From sequence record OR525698.1: a DNA stretch of 64,000 nt, one strand, 5' to 3'. Positions 1 through 11,023 of the stretch are shown in pieces. Below the pieces are notes generated by a model. That model saw only the letters and a program-made list of their open reading frames with translations. It was not told the DNA's origin and made no database searches. Position 1 is the stretch's first letter, and the number at the start of each line of letters is the position of its first letter. A program made the position numbers and the translations under genes. The DNA comes from Escherichia phage vB-Eco-KMB43.

Positions 1-589
1 ATTGCTTTAAAAGTGCTTCCAGAAACTGCTGACGGGCTTTAGGCGTTACATAGTGTAAGTTAAGACCCAGCATTACAGTATTACCCGCCTTTGTCTTAGA
101 ATCACCCAGACAAATGATCAGCGGGAAAACATCCCAATATGGCAAAGTGTCTTTATACTTCGCATCATACATAAAGGTATAGATTCGCCCTACTTGCGGT
201 TTTACAATCTGGTGTCCCTTTATTCCCGCTTTTATTGTTTTAGTAAACCACTCCTGTGATTTTTCTTTAGGACGACTCTTTGATACAGCACGCATAGACG
301 CACGAAAATCATTAATCATCATCATTGCGCGTTGCTGCTTATTGAGACCCTTTGCGCCTTTCCCTTTTAGTTTTTCAACTTCTATTGCTGTTTTAATTTC
401 GCTTGCATAACGAGACATACTTTTAGTGAAAGTCGCATAGGCTATTCCCTTAGAATCTGCAAATGCTTTAGCTGTCATGCCTTTGGCTTTTGCTTTCGCA
501 AATTCTACACCCAATTCGACCCACTGTTTAGACTTTCTTTTTTGGGGAGACGGCTTTTCGTCTTCTGTGATTATTTCAAATACGCTCAT
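1..589 (-). CDS. gp2: DNA end-protector gp2-like protein, N-terminal ~196 codons; gene runs off the window start
   Basis: ATG at 589 (minus) with open frame to position 1 (translation MSVFEIITEDEKPSPQKRKSKQW...); located next to gene 4 and upstream of gene 53 as in T4. Confidence 0.45.
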   Translation of the reverse strand, partial: MSVFEIITEDEKPSPQKRKSKQWVELGVEFAKAKAKGMTAKAFADSKGIAYATFTKSMSRYASEIKTAIEVEKLKGKGAKGLNKQQRAMMMINDFRASMRAVSKSRPKEKSQEWFTKTIKAGIKGHQIVKPQVGRIYTFMYDAKYKDTLPYWDVFPLIICLGDSKTKAGNTVMLGLNLHYVTPKARQQFLEALLKQ

Positions 590-600
590 AATATTATCCT

Positions 601-1077
601 CTATTTGTTAAGCCCTTTAAAGCCAAACACTTTCTTTAATGCATGTTCGGTGATGATCTTAAACTCCATGTTATGCTTTTGGCACAAATCAACCGCAGCT
701 TTCCACTTTTCCGTGTTTACAGTATATGTGTAACACTCTTGCATGTATCTTTGCTTAGTCTTAGTGGTTATTCTTTTTGGCCTTTCCGGTGGCCGTGTCT
801 CTTTTGCCGGTTTAACTTCCCATAAGAACTCTTTACCATCTACAAATTTCACCCAAAAATCCATATGATACTTTCTGGATCGTTTATCTGCGCTAGACCA
901 GTAAGGTATAATCACACACTCAGAGTTCCATTTAGACACGCTAGGACTACGGTCCAAAAATTTCATTATGTGCAATTCCCAGCTTGATCTATAAGTGATT
1001 TTATGCAAGTTGTTTCCTTTGTACTTCTCAGGATTTTCTGGCTTGAACTTGCCCTTATAAGTGTTAGATCCTCCCAT
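601..1077 (-). CDS. gp4: head completion protein gp4-like
   Basis: 158-aa ORF; synteny between gene 2 and gene 53 as in T4 (gp4 is 150 aa); no motif-level confirmation. Confidence 0.45.
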   Translation of the reverse strand: MGGSNTYKGKFKPENPEKYKGNNLHKITYRSSWELHIMKFLDRSPSVSKWNSECVIIPYWSSADKRSRKYHMDFWVKFVDGKEFLWEVKPAKETRPPERPKRITTKTKQRYMQECYTYTVNTEKWKAAVDLCQKHNMEFKIITEHALKKVFGFKGLNK

Positions 1078-1092
1078 TTTAGCACCCTTTAT

Positions 1093-1100
1093 TATAAATA
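1093..1100 (+). promoter_or_regulatory. T4-type late promoter TATAAATA upstream of gene 53
   Basis: exact TATAAATA about 33 nt upstream of ATG 1133. Confidence 0.5.
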
Positions 1101-1132
1101 CATAATACTATTTATCAATTGAGGGTGCTAAA

Positions 1133-1687
1133 ATGCTCTTTTCTTTCTTCCCTGCCATTGAATACAACGGCAAGATGATTACTGACATTGTGCGCAATTA
1201 CCGCGCCTATTTCAACGCAATAATTTCTGATTATAACATACAAACATATTACATTCAAGGTAGTCCACGACCGGAACAAGTTGCATATGAAGTATACGGA
1301 AACCAACAACTTTATTGGATCTTGCTGATGCTTAATGACGTATACGATCCGTTCCATGACTGGATCACCGATCAAGAGACAGCATATGAATCAGCCGAAC
1401 AGCGATATGCAAATGTAGGAGGAAATCAAGTATTATACCACGTTGATATTGACGGAAACAAGTATTGGAATCTTACCGAATATCCGAAAGGATCAAGCAA
1501 TTGGTATGATAAAGGGGATATTCATCATCGTCATTTGCAGTTTCAAGGTGCACTATCGGCAGTAGACACACTGGAAGATGCGATCCTCCGTAATGAGGAA
1601 CGACGCAAGATCAAGATCATAGATCCTACACAAATTAAACAATTTATTAACGCATTCATTCGAGAAATGGAAAAGGCTGATGTGTAA
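1133..1687 (+). CDS. gp53: baseplate wedge protein gp53
   Basis: 184-aa ORF directly upstream of gp5; T4 gene order 53-5. Confidence 0.6.
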   Translation: MLFSFFPAIEYNGKMITDIVRNYRAYFNAIISDYNIQTYYIQGSPRPEQVAYEVYGNQQLYWILLMLNDVYDPFHDWITDQETAYESAEQRYANVGGNQVLYHVDIDGNKYWNLTEYPKGSSNWYDKGDIHHRHLQFQGALSAVDTLEDAILRNEERRKIKIIDPTQIKQFINAFIREMEKADV

Positions 1688-1698
1688 GGTGATTAATT

Positions 1699-3498
1699 AT
1701 GCTAATGTTTAATAACTCCGTTAAATGGTTTACCGGAATTGTAGAAAACAGGGAAGACCCATTAATGCTGGGGCGTGTTCAGGTTAGGATTCATGGTATA
1801 CATCCCTCGCTATCCGCACACGGTGACATTCAAGGTCTCCCAACCGAAGATCTATTATGGATTACGCCAGTACAAGATATTACAAGCGCGGCGATCTCCG
1901 GTATAGGTCAAAGCCCTACTGGTATTGTTGAAGGTTCAATGGTATTTGGTTTGGCTTTAGATGAACGTTATTTAAACTGCGTTATTCTGGGTACTATTGC
2001 CGGACAATATACAGAGAAACCACTCACTACAGAAGGTTTTTGCGACCCTTCTGGTGCATATCCTCGTTATATTGGTAATGATGTTAATATTCTTGCTCGT
2101 GGCGGTATTAACCCAGAAACCGGACAAACAACAAAACCTGATAGTGTCTATATTCGAGATGAAAACACTGGAGTTGCAGTAAATCCAGACGACGAGCCAT
2201 TAGACCAAATTCCGGTTGATGATAATCCTGATTTTACAATAGAAAAAATGCTGCGGGGCGATGAGGGATATCGCGAGAAATGGTATCTTGATTCAGAAGG
2301 ATATCCGACAATAGGCATCGGGCATTTGATCATTTATAAGAAAACCAGTGATCTGGGTATTATCAATAATGAACTTTCTAAGCTGGTAGGGCGTGAAGTT
2401 ACAAACGGAAGACTTACCGCCGAAGAAGTTAGTAAAGTATTTGCCGACGATATAGAAAAGACTCGTCGTGATATGCGCAAACATCCACGAATTGCACCTG
2501 TCTATAATAAATGTAATGCTTCTCGTCGTATGGCATTAGAAAATATGGCGTTTCAAATGGGTGTTGGTGGATTGGGTAAATTTAAGAATAGTCTTGCTGC
2601 GATGTTAGCGGAAGAATGGAAACAAGCCTATGATGGATTACGTCAATCTGTATGGGCTAACCAAACTCCAGGACGATCCAGCCGTGTTTCTAAAATTATT
2701 TTAACTGGTAACTTAGAATCATATGGCGTAATTGCTCCAAAGAAAGATGAATCTGTTTCTGATGATCCGCGAGCACGTTTGAGAAATGCCCGTATTGCTG
2801 CCTATAAGACGCAGAGAGCAGAAGAAGACCCAGAAGCACCGTTTACCCCACAAGACACACGAATCATGTTTAAAGAGCCTAAGAGTTCGTATTCTGCGAG
2901 GTATCCTTATAACCATGTGTACGAGTCAGAGAGCGGTCATATTATCGAGATTGATGATACTCCTTCTCACGAACGTTATCACCGCAAACATCCTTCTGGT
3001 ACATTTGAAGAAACCAGACCGGACGGAACGAGGGTAGAAAAGATTGAGGGTGATGATTATCTGATCGTTAAGCAAGGCCGGAAAGTCAACGTTAAGGGTA
3101 ATTTGCAAGTTGTTGTTGAAGGTGACGCGCAAGTTTATTATATGGGTAATGTAATGCAAACCGTTGATGGTAACGTCACTGAATTTATTCGTGGCAATGT
3201 TAATCAGACCGTTGAAGGTACTGCTAACATGCATGTTGTAGGTGATGTTACCGCTCAGCTTGACGCTAATTTAACGGCTAATGTCAAGGGTAATGCTGAA
3301 TTAATGATCGAGGGTAACACTACCGAAACAATTAAAGGTAACTATGATTTAACCGTTGAGGGTAATTTTAATATGACCGTCAATGGCACTAAATCAGATC
3401 AGGTTAATGGTGACTGGTCCCGTAATTGTGGTGCAAGCGTTAAAGATATTGCATCTGGTACAGTTAAAATTGATGGTAGCCGTATTGATCTTGGGTGA
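1699..3498 (+). CDS. gp5: baseplate hub/cell-puncturing protein gp5 with lysozyme domain
   Basis: 599 aa; internal T4-lysozyme-like segment YLDSEGYPTIGIGHL; C-terminal octapeptide-like beta-helix repeats (VxGNxxxxV pattern, e.g. VKGNLQVVVEGDAQV, VEGTANMHVVGDV). Confidence 0.85.
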   Translation: MLMFNNSVKWFTGIVENREDPLMLGRVQVRIHGIHPSLSAHGDIQGLPTEDLLWITPVQDITSAAISGIGQSPTGIVEGSMVFGLALDERYLNCVILGTIAGQYTEKPLTTEGFCDPSGAYPRYIGNDVNILARGGINPETGQTTKPDSVYIRDENTGVAVNPDDEPLDQIPVDDNPDFTIEKMLRGDEGYREKWYLDSEGYPTIGIGHLIIYKKTSDLGIINNELSKLVGREVTNGRLTAEEVSKVFADDIEKTRRDMRKHPRIAPVYNKCNASRRMALENMAFQMGVGGLGKFKNSLAAMLAEEWKQAYDGLRQSVWANQTPGRSSRVSKIILTGNLESYGVIAPKKDESVSDDPRARLRNARIAAYKTQRAEEDPEAPFTPQDTRIMFKEPKSSYSARYPYNHVYESESGHIIEIDDTPSHERYHRKHPSGTFEETRPDGTRVEKIEGDDYLIVKQGRKVNVKGNLQVVVEGDAQVYYMGNVMQTVDGNVTEFIRGNVNQTVEGTANMHVVGDVTAQLDANLTANVKGNAELMIEGNTTETIKGNYDLTVEGNFNMTVNGTKSDQVNGDWSRNCGASVKDIASGTVKIDGSRIDLG

Positions 3499-3506
3499 GG
3501 TAACTA

Positions 3507-4073
3507 ATGGTTGAAATTCTTCCGATGAGTTCAAAATTGGAGGATATCAGCGAGCGAGAAATCTTTGAGGTGGTGTTCTCTTATAAAGCAACGCCACCGG
3601 ATGCAAATACCACATACACGATTAAAGAGTTTAAGATCAGCGAGTATCGCCCTAATAAGGGCGTTACCGTTGAAGAAACTAAAATATCTGGTGAGTATCG
3701 GGATAGTTTTTCGCTTGGCGCGGATTCTCTTAAATATATAACGAAAGATAGAATTAAAAAATCTGCCGGAAGTTTTGATGATTTACCAGATCCAACTACC
3801 GCAGATCTATATTATTTTAACGCTCCTACACGTCTACAGGAGGTTTATACTTATAAAGTAACCCTAACCTATATCCAATCTGTTTCAGAGTCTTCTGGTG
3901 GTTCTGATGAAGGAAATAGTGGTGGTTCCAATAGCCGAGAGGGTGCTGGTGAAACTAATCCGCCTCCGGTAGTAACCGAGCACACAATAGAGAAAGTTTA
4001 TACTCAAACCGTTTTTGGAAATTGGGATGTGTGGGCGCAGCAACTAAGAGATTATGTACATAGGGGTGTTTAA
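3507..4073 (+). CDS. 5.1: gp5.1-like hypothetical protein
   Basis: 188-aa ORF in the 5.1 position between gene 5 and the PAAR-like 5.4 ORF. Confidence 0.4.
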   Translation: MVEILPMSSKLEDISEREIFEVVFSYKATPPDANTTYTIKEFKISEYRPNKGVTVEETKISGEYRDSFSLGADSLKYITKDRIKKSAGSFDDLPDPTTADLYYFNAPTRLQEVYTYKVTLTYIQSVSESSGGSDEGNSGGSNSREGAGETNPPPVVTEHTIEKVYTQTVFGNWDVWAQQLRDYVHRGV

Positions 4074-4366
4074 TGGCTGGATTATCCTACGATAAAGCTA
4101 AAACTACAGGGCACGGAAACTACCCACCTACGGTAATTAATGCAACTCAATCTAAGGTATTTGTTGAGGGTATCCCTGTATTAGTCGAAGGAGACCCAAT
4201 TACACCACATACAAAAACAACAAAGCCTTATGATACACACGGGGGAACTACGGTCGCCAGTACCCCGAAAGTATTTGTTACCGGAAAGAAAGCAATTCAA
4301 ATGGCAGATCGTATTAGCTGTGGCGATACCGTCGCTATGGCATCACCGAAGGTATTCATAAAATGA
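4073..4366 (+). CDS. 5.4: gp5.4-like spike-tip (PAAR-type) protein
   Basis: 97-aa ORF, same length and position as T4 gp5.4; start overlaps the 5.1 stop. Confidence 0.55.
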   Translation: MAGLSYDKAKTTGHGNYPPTVINATQSKVFVEGIPVLVEGDPITPHTKTTKPYDTHGGTTVASTPKVFVTGKKAIQMADRISCGDTVAMASPKVFIK

Positions 4367-6267
4367 CAAAGCAAAAGATTACACAAATTCCTGATATTTT
4401 TAATGCTGCTACATTCGATGAAATTAAAAGCGCATTAACAGACTGGATGAGAAACCAGGAAGAATTTAAAGATTTTGATTTTAATGGTGCTGGTATTAAC
4501 GTATTGATGGACTTGCTCGCATATAATACCCTTTATATTCAGCAATTCGCCAACGCCGCGCTATATGAATCTTTTATCAGAACGGCAATTAAGCGTAGTT
4601 CAGTTGTTCAAGCCGCGCAAGATTTAGGATATTTGCCAGCAAGTAAAACTAGTGCATCGACTACAATTATGTTGCACGTATCCCATCCGCGAAATCCGGC
4701 AAGTATTCGAATCCCACGAGGAACTAAATTTATTGCAAGTGTGGATCGCCAGACGTCTTACCCGTTTGTGACTACAGAAGACGTTGTGAGCGTTTTAGGT
4801 TCAAATGGTTTATATACGCCCATGCTTAAAGTCGCACAAGGTCGTATTGTTCGTACAGAAATGTTATTTGATCCGAAGAAACAAATTCTGATCCGTGATC
4901 CTGATATTGACCGCGCTCAGGTTAAGTTGTGGGTAGACGGTGCTGAATGGAAAGACTGGACGCGAGAAAGCATTGTTAATGCAACTGGCGCTAGTAATAT
5001 TTTCTATATGCGTGAAACCGTAGACGGACATACTGAAATTTTCTTTGGTGAGGGCGAATCAACTTTATCTGCTGCTGGTGGGGCGCTGGAAGCAAATTAT
5101 ATTGGTGGACTTAAGCCGTCAACTGGTGCTAATATTGTTATCGAATATATCAGCACTAAGGGCGCGGAAGCAAACGGTTCAGTTAATTTCACATACGCGG
5201 ATACCCTTGCATCTATCTCTATTGTTAAAATTATTGAGAATCCGACAAATGATCGTGATTATGTCGGTGCAGATGGTGGTGGTGATCCTGAATCAATCGA
5301 ACGTATCCGTGAACTTGCTCCGGTAATGCGTGAATCTCAGCGTCGTTGTGTAACTGCTTCCGACTACGAGGCTTTTGTATCTAGCCGTTTTGGTAGTATT
5401 GTTCAGGCGGTACAATGTTTCACCGACCGAGAAAAACCAGGTTATGCTTTTGTTGCTGTTAAGCCTAAATCTGGCTTGCGCTTGACAACTGTTCAAAAAG
5501 AAGATATGCGGGATTATCTGGCAAAATATAACCTTGCCCCTATCACGCCGAGCATCATTGACCCTAACTATCTGTATATTAAACAGAATATTAAAGTTTC
5601 CTATTCAATCAATGACTTGTCAGAATCAGAGCAGTGGTTGCGAGGTGCGGTTATTGATCAGATTGATGCATATTATACCGACGAAGTGGAAATTTTTAAC
5701 CAGACATTTAGTAAGTCTAAAATGCTTGCTCGTATTGACAAAGCTGATGTATCTGTGATAGGTTCTAGTGCAGAAATCGAGATGGTGCGAGAGATCGACA
5801 ACTTCTATAAAGCACCGATGGCGGGAATCAAGTTTTTAAACCAGTATAAGAGCGGAATCAAGTCTAGTTCATTCAACTTCGAAAAGGACGACAAGCAATA
5901 TCCGATCCATTATGTAAGTACAGAAATGAACAAAGAATCCGGTTTAGCTAAATTGTTGGTTGGACCTTTCCCTGTTGATTCTACAATCGCTTTACCGCAC
6001 TATTCCGGCACTGATTTTGATAAAGAGGTTATTGACGGGGCGGACCTATACTTTGAGGTTGGAGAGGTTCAGCATTATGACGACCTTATTTCATGGGATC
6101 TGGGTAAACTGAATATCAATAGCGATCGCTTTACTGGTTCATATATTGAGTTGACAGCTAAACCGATTGCTGATAACATCTTTACTAAAGACGGTTCTTT
6201 GATCGTGTTTGAAAACGATCTCCGTCCTCAGTACACAACTATTAGTCTGGAGGCAATTGCTCAATGA
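4363..6267 (+). CDS. gp6: baseplate wedge protein gp6
   Basis: 634 aa; synteny and size (T4 gp6 ~660 aa); ATGA-type overlap with neighbours. Confidence 0.7.
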   Translation: MTKQKITQIPDIFNAATFDEIKSALTDWMRNQEEFKDFDFNGAGINVLMDLLAYNTLYIQQFANAALYESFIRTAIKRSSVVQAAQDLGYLPASKTSASTTIMLHVSHPRNPASIRIPRGTKFIASVDRQTSYPFVTTEDVVSVLGSNGLYTPMLKVAQGRIVRTEMLFDPKKQILIRDPDIDRAQVKLWVDGAEWKDWTRESIVNATGASNIFYMRETVDGHTEIFFGEGESTLSAAGGALEANYIGGLKPSTGANIVIEYISTKGAEANGSVNFTYADTLASISIVKIIENPTNDRDYVGADGGGDPESIERIRELAPVMRESQRRCVTASDYEAFVSSRFGSIVQAVQCFTDREKPGYAFVAVKPKSGLRLTTVQKEDMRDYLAKYNLAPITPSIIDPNYLYIKQNIKVSYSINDLSESEQWLRGAVIDQIDAYYTDEVEIFNQTFSKSKMLARIDKADVSVIGSSAEIEMVREIDNFYKAPMAGIKFLNQYKSGIKSSSFNFEKDDKQYPIHYVSTEMNKESGLAKLLVGPFPVDSTIALPHYSGTDFDKEVIDGADLYFEVGEVQHYDDLISWDLGKLNINSDRFTGSYIELTAKPIADNIFTKDGSLIVFENDLRPQYTTISLEAIAQ

Positions 6268-9200
6268 TTAAAGCGCCTAGTGTAACTAGCTTGACAATAG
6301 AAAAATTGTCTGCTAATCAGGCGTATATCACATGGGATGACGTAGGCGAAAACTTCTTTTATTTTGTGGAGTTAGCCGAAACCAGAACACGAGACGGGGA
6401 GATCATCCCCGTCGATGAGTTAAGCTGGGTAAACCTGGGATATACTGCCGACCAAAACTGGTTTGAGGATAAAAACCTTTTTCCAGAATATTATTACAAA
6501 TTTCGTGTAGCAGTAGCCGCAGAAGGATTTGAACAAAGTAAATGGATTGAAACCGAAGAGTTTCAGACATTTAAAACAAACGCATATAATTTTTCTATGA
6601 TGCGAGAGTTCAACCTTGCAAACGAGTTTATAAAGGAAAAATTTACATACGATAATCGAGAGTATGTCAAGTTTAATACCGACCTTATTCAAGCATCATT
6701 GATGAAGGAAGATTTTGTCTTTAGTCCTGAATATGCAAACATGACAAATATCTCAAACTACATTGTAGTTGATGAGAACTTTCATGAAATACAGGATCAC
6801 ATAGAAAAAGTTTGTATTGATATAAACCGCACTATGTTAGCGGAAATGAACGGTGTTTTGTACCTTTTCGAACGGTTCCAGCCGATTGTGAAAGTGTCAA
6901 ATGATAAAGGTCAATCATGGAAAGCATACAAGGCTTTTAATGACCGTGTAGGAAATCCGGTTTCCCGCACATGCGTTTATCAGTCTAAAACCACTACTTA
7001 CGTTTTAGGATATGACCGAATCTTTTACGGACGACAAGCTAGCGATACTCGATGGAGCGCGGACGATGTTCGATTTAGTGATGATACGATCACTTTTGCA
7101 AAGGTTGGTGACGAGAACGATTTAGGCTTTGACGTTGAGGTCTTTGGTGTATTTTCCAGATTAACAGGGGACACCACAAAATACGCCGAAGCTATGGCGT
7201 GCAGTGATGACTATTTGTGGGTTGGTGCTAAAGATGTTATTCGCCGGATTCGTCTTAAGAATACTCCAGTTGATACCGTACAGGGTTCGCCTACGTTTGG
7301 AGAAAAAATATTCGATCCTGATGTTATCCGAGTAACAGGAAATGATAAAGCTGTCATTCAGAAAATGGATGTGATCGACGGTAAATTGCTTGTATTTGTT
7401 ACTGGTGAAGTTAAACAGCGTTATCAAGATCCAACCAAACCAGAAAACGTTGTTCCGTCAGATGATGCGGGTGTATACTTAATAGGGAGTGATGGTCTGT
7501 CTTTTCAGAGAGTATTTGGCAACACTCCGCAGGAAAGGGAATATATTCAGCATGGGTTCAGTAATATGTCAACCAATGGTGATGAGGTGTTCATAAGCCA
7601 TTATAATCATCACTTCGAAAGCATTTTACCTGATCCAGAAACTGCCGAGAAATATGAATTGGGCGAAGCTGTAAAATATTCTCAGGAGCCAACTTATCTA
7701 ACTGATAAGAAAATACATCAAACGACTTTCAGAGCAAGTTATGATGATTTGCGTATTTGGGAATTAGGACCGCAAGCGTATTATAATGAGGCTGATTATA
7801 CATGGATGCGTCGAAACGGTGTTCGTGTATGGATCACAAATGATAATCGCCCGTTGGTTGTTTATCCAGAGGTTATCTATACTCAAGAAGTTGATACTTC
7901 CGGCATTCTTGATAAAAACAGAATTAACCGTGAAGTTTATGATAAAGGGACCGTGACCTGTTATCTTAACAATGTTAAATTTGAAGGATTTAAACAATAT
8001 GCATCCGGTGTAATGTTCCATAAAAACACGGGAGAGATCATAGGATTCTATCAATTTAACTATCGCGTTCGTGATCAGGTTGGTGTATATTGGAAACCTA
8101 CAAATGTAGCATTTGTTGCTGAATTGCAAAATCAGGTTCGAGAGGTTCCCTGGGTTCCGGTTCACTACGATCGAGAACAAGACCCAGATTTGCGACCTTT
8201 ACTGAATAAGATGACACCTGATAGCTTTTTACTTGAGAACGAAAATTTCAGAAAATTCTCTGAATATTATCTGCAATTCTTAAGTGATGGTTCAGGAACA
8301 TATTATAATAAACTAAAAAATCTGATTAAAAACAAATATCCACGCGAGCAAGATGCATATGAGTATCTTTGGTCAGAGATGAACAAACGAAACATCTATG
8401 CAGATAAAAACAAGCGAGATGCGGTCGTAAGATTCTTTGAATCCCGCAAATCAGATTTTTATTCCACTAAGGGCGTGGAGGCTTCTTATAAGTTCTTGTT
8501 TAAGTTACTTTATAATGAAGATGTGGAAATTGAGGTTGAATCACAAGCCGGACTAGAGTATGATATTGTTGTTAGTTCAACGAACATTGACGAGGATATC
8601 GTAGGTCGCACGATTTATACCACGACCGGACGGGCTAACGTGACTTATCTTGAAAGGGAATATGAAGGTGGACGTCTACGCTGGCGAGTAACCATTCATA
8701 ACCTGATCGGGCGGTTCGAAGAAGGTCAAGTGATCAAATCAGAGAAAACAGCGTTTGAAGGGATGATCCTTGTTGGTGTACGTGGTAAAGAGTTGCTGAG
8801 TAGTTCAATCGACTATATCAACCGATCACGAAGCCAATACACCATGAAGATTAAAAGTGCATTGCCAGTTTCGCGCTATGCAAATGATGTAATGCGATTC
8901 GTTCATCCTGTCGGCTTTGGGTTTATCGGTGTTACCCTGCTTACGATGTTCATTAACAGCGGGTTGAGCATGAAGCACACCGAGACTATAATTCAATCTC
9001 TGAAAAATTATAAGTTTGACAGCGGATTGCCTAGCGTGTATCCTGATCGGGTGGCAGACCTTGATGTTGATGGAAATATTAAGATTGACCCACTAACAGG
9101 GAAACCATTATACTTAACGTCACCGACAATTGGCGAAGAGTTCCCTGTTCCTCCTGAATATGATCAGGAGAACAGCGAATTGTTCCACGGACTTAAAGCA

Positions 9201-9350
9201 AGCGAACGAAGATTTGCAATGAGTCCACTGTTTGACCAGTCGGCGGTAACATTCTCTATGTTCCGTGAACTTGTAGATAAAAGGTTGAAGGATAATATAG
9301 GGAATCCACGCGATCCGAAGAATCCGACACAGAGGAAAATTAATGGCTAA
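6264..9350 (+). CDS. gp7: baseplate wedge protein gp7
   Basis: 1028 aa; size and position match T4 gp7 (~1032 aa). Confidence 0.7.
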   Translation: MIKAPSVTSLTIEKLSANQAYITWDDVGENFFYFVELAETRTRDGEIIPVDELSWVNLGYTADQNWFEDKNLFPEYYYKFRVAVAAEGFEQSKWIETEEFQTFKTNAYNFSMMREFNLANEFIKEKFTYDNREYVKFNTDLIQASLMKEDFVFSPEYANMTNISNYIVVDENFHEIQDHIEKVCIDINRTMLAEMNGVLYLFERFQPIVKVSNDKGQSWKAYKAFNDRVGNPVSRTCVYQSKTTTYVLGYDRIFYGRQASDTRWSADDVRFSDDTITFAKVGDENDLGFDVEVFGVFSRLTGDTTKYAEAMACSDDYLWVGAKDVIRRIRLKNTPVDTVQGSPTFGEKIFDPDVIRVTGNDKAVIQKMDVIDGKLLVFVTGEVKQRYQDPTKPENVVPSDDAGVYLIGSDGLSFQRVFGNTPQEREYIQHGFSNMSTNGDEVFISHYNHHFESILPDPETAEKYELGEAVKYSQEPTYLTDKKIHQTTFRASYDDLRIWELGPQAYYNEADYTWMRRNGVRVWITNDNRPLVVYPEVIYTQEVDTSGILDKNRINREVYDKGTVTCYLNNVKFEGFKQYASGVMFHKNTGEIIGFYQFNYRVRDQVGVYWKPTNVAFVAELQNQVREVPWVPVHYDREQDPDLRPLLNKMTPDSFLLENENFRKFSEYYLQFLSDGSGTYYNKLKNLIKNKYPREQDAYEYLWSEMNKRNIYADKNKRDAVVRFFESRKSDFYSTKGVEASYKFLFKLLYNEDVEIEVESQAGLEYDIVVSSTNIDEDIVGRTIYTTTGRANVTYLEREYEGGRLRWRVTIHNLIGRFEEGQVIKSEKTAFEGMILVGVRGKELLSSSIDYINRSRSQYTMKIKSALPVSRYANDVMRFVHPVGFGFIGVTLLTMFINSGLSMKHTETIIQSLKNYKFDSGLPSVYPDRVADLDVDGNIKIDPLTGKPLYLTSPTIGEEFPVPPEYDQENSELFHGLKASERRFAMSPLFDQSAVTFSMFRELVDKRLKDNIGNPRDPKNPTQRKING

Positions 9351-10338
9351 TGAAAATAGTGTGATCTATCGCTCAATCATTACTAGCAAATTCAGAACAG
9401 AAAAACTTCTGAACTTCTATAATTCTGTAGGCGATGGAGCAAATCAAATTACAATTTATGGAACGTTTGGACGTTCGGAGCCGTGGTCAGAAAACGAAAA
9501 AGAGGTGGGCTTTGCCCCACCTTATCCGACCGATTCAACGGCTGGTGTTGTTGACATGTGGACCCATATGATGGGGGCGGTTAAGATTAACAAATCACTT
9601 CTTGATGCGGTTATCCCTCGTAAAGATTGGGGTGATACCGGACAGGATAACCCGCGCACGTTCTTTATCAATGACATTGTTGTCGTAAACTCAGCACCAT
9701 ATAACCGTACAGATGTTGGTAGCGGCTGGATGGTTTACCGTGTAACTGATGTTCCTGATCGCGGTTACTGCTCGATTTCAAGCATTGACGCTAAAGTAGA
9801 GTGTTTGAAGTTGGGCGGAAAGTGGACACCTACCCATGAATCAATTGCGCCACCTGTAGGAAAGGGCGATTCTATTGATATGGGTGATGGGTATCGTTGG
9901 GAATATCTGTACACAATTCCGCCTGATGCGGCGATCAACCGTTGCACCAATGAACATATTGTTGTACCGTTCCCCGATGAACTGCGACAAGATCCGGCGC
10001 GTTGGGGCTATGACAATGTGATCACCTGGTATAATGACTATAATCTGCTTTATCGGCTGAAAGTAGTAACTTTGCGTTTTCAGGCTTATATGGACTCTGC
10101 GCAATTCCCAACTACCGCGTTAGTGGGTAATACTGGTTTCCGTCAGTTAAGCATTATCCTTAACCCATTGGAAAAGAAAGCACGCCCTAGCGATCCAGAC
10201 GTTAAAGCGGTTAAATATAAGTACCGACCGCAAGACTTAGAGCCACACTCAGGAGAAATGATCTACATGGAAAACCGACAACCTATCGTTCGGTCATTAG
10301 ACCAAACAGAACTTGTTTCTGTATTGTTTGAGTTCTAA
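9343..10338 (+). CDS. gp8: baseplate wedge protein gp8
   Basis: 331 aa; size and position match T4 gp8 (334 aa). Confidence 0.7.
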   Translation: MANENSVIYRSIITSKFRTEKLLNFYNSVGDGANQITIYGTFGRSEPWSENEKEVGFAPPYPTDSTAGVVDMWTHMMGAVKINKSLLDAVIPRKDWGDTGQDNPRTFFINDIVVVNSAPYNRTDVGSGWMVYRVTDVPDRGYCSISSIDAKVECLKLGGKWTPTHESIAPPVGKGDSIDMGDGYRWEYLYTIPPDAAINRCTNEHIVVPFPDELRQDPARWGYDNVITWYNDYNLLYRLKVVTLRFQAYMDSAQFPTTALVGNTGFRQLSIILNPLEKKARPSDPDVKAVKYKYRPQDLEPHSGEMIYMENRQPIVRSLDQTELVSVLFEF

Positions 10339-10350
10339 GTGTATGATTTT

Positions 10351-10385
10351 AAAAGCCAATTCGAGAGAGTTGGCTTTTTCCATTT
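10351..10385 (+). terminator. rho-independent terminator after gene 8
   Basis: perfect inverted repeat AAAAGCCAA...TTGGCTTTT followed by T-rich tract. Confidence 0.6.
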
Positions 10386-10391
10386 TTGGTG

Positions 10392-10420
10392 TTGACAATA
10401 TTATTTGGTAAGGTATAATG
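10392..10420 (+). promoter_or_regulatory. sigma70-type (early-like) promoter
   Basis: TTGACA (10392-10397), 17-bp spacer, TATAAT (10415-10420); GGAGGA Shine-Dalgarno before ATG 10449. Confidence 0.6.
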
Positions 10421-10448
10421 CTCACATCTAAACAACGGAGGATAAATT

Positions 10449-10706
10449 ATGGCACGTCGTAAATTTACAGATAATTGTGAAGCAATTCAGGTATCCCCTT
10501 GCGGTTGGTATGTGATCGCGAACGGTGAAAAGATCGGAGAGATCATCGATCATACTCATTCATCACTAGCCGATTACACCGATGAACTATGGGAGGGTAT
10601 CAACTTCATGAATGACACTAAACGATTCAAGACTATCGACGAAGCTATCTATTTTGTGTATAATCCAACTTTCGGTATGTGGGGAACTAGAAAATGGCAC
10701 GCGTAA
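10449..10706 (+). CDS. hypothetical small protein (85 aa)
   Basis: ORF with strong SD (GGAGGA) downstream of a consensus promoter. Confidence 0.45.
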   Translation: MARRKFTDNCEAIQVSPCGWYVIANGEKIGEIIDHTHSSLADYTDELWEGINFMNDTKRFKTIDEAIYFVYNPTFGMWGTRKWHA

Positions 10707-11023
10707 ATATTAAACTGCATTATACAATGGGTAAACCAAAACATCCAATGCATAAAGTGTTTTGGGGCTTGCATCTTCAAGAAAAATGGCATGATAACTA
10801 TTGGTTTTGTGACCATGATAAGAAGTGGCATTCTCAAGATGAAGTTAATGCGATGATGGAACATGGTATAAAATTTAATTACTCTAATTATGACCATAGC
10901 ATTACTTGTATTCGAAAATTGAAACGGTTTATTCGAAAGAATCCGCAATTTAAAAACTTTGTGTTCTTTATGTCTCATGTTTATTTGGGGCATAGCGTTA
11001 CCGTAACAGCAAAGGTTAAATAA
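10694..11023 (+). CDS. hypothetical His/Trp-rich protein (109 aa)
   Basis: ORF overlapping neighbours; begins ATGGCACG like both flanking ORFs. Confidence 0.4.
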   Translation: MARVNIKLHYTMGKPKHPMHKVFWGLHLQEKWHDNYWFCDHDKKWHSQDEVNAMMEHGIKFNYSNYDHSITCIRKLKRFIRKNPQFKNFVFFMSHVYLGHSVTVTAKVK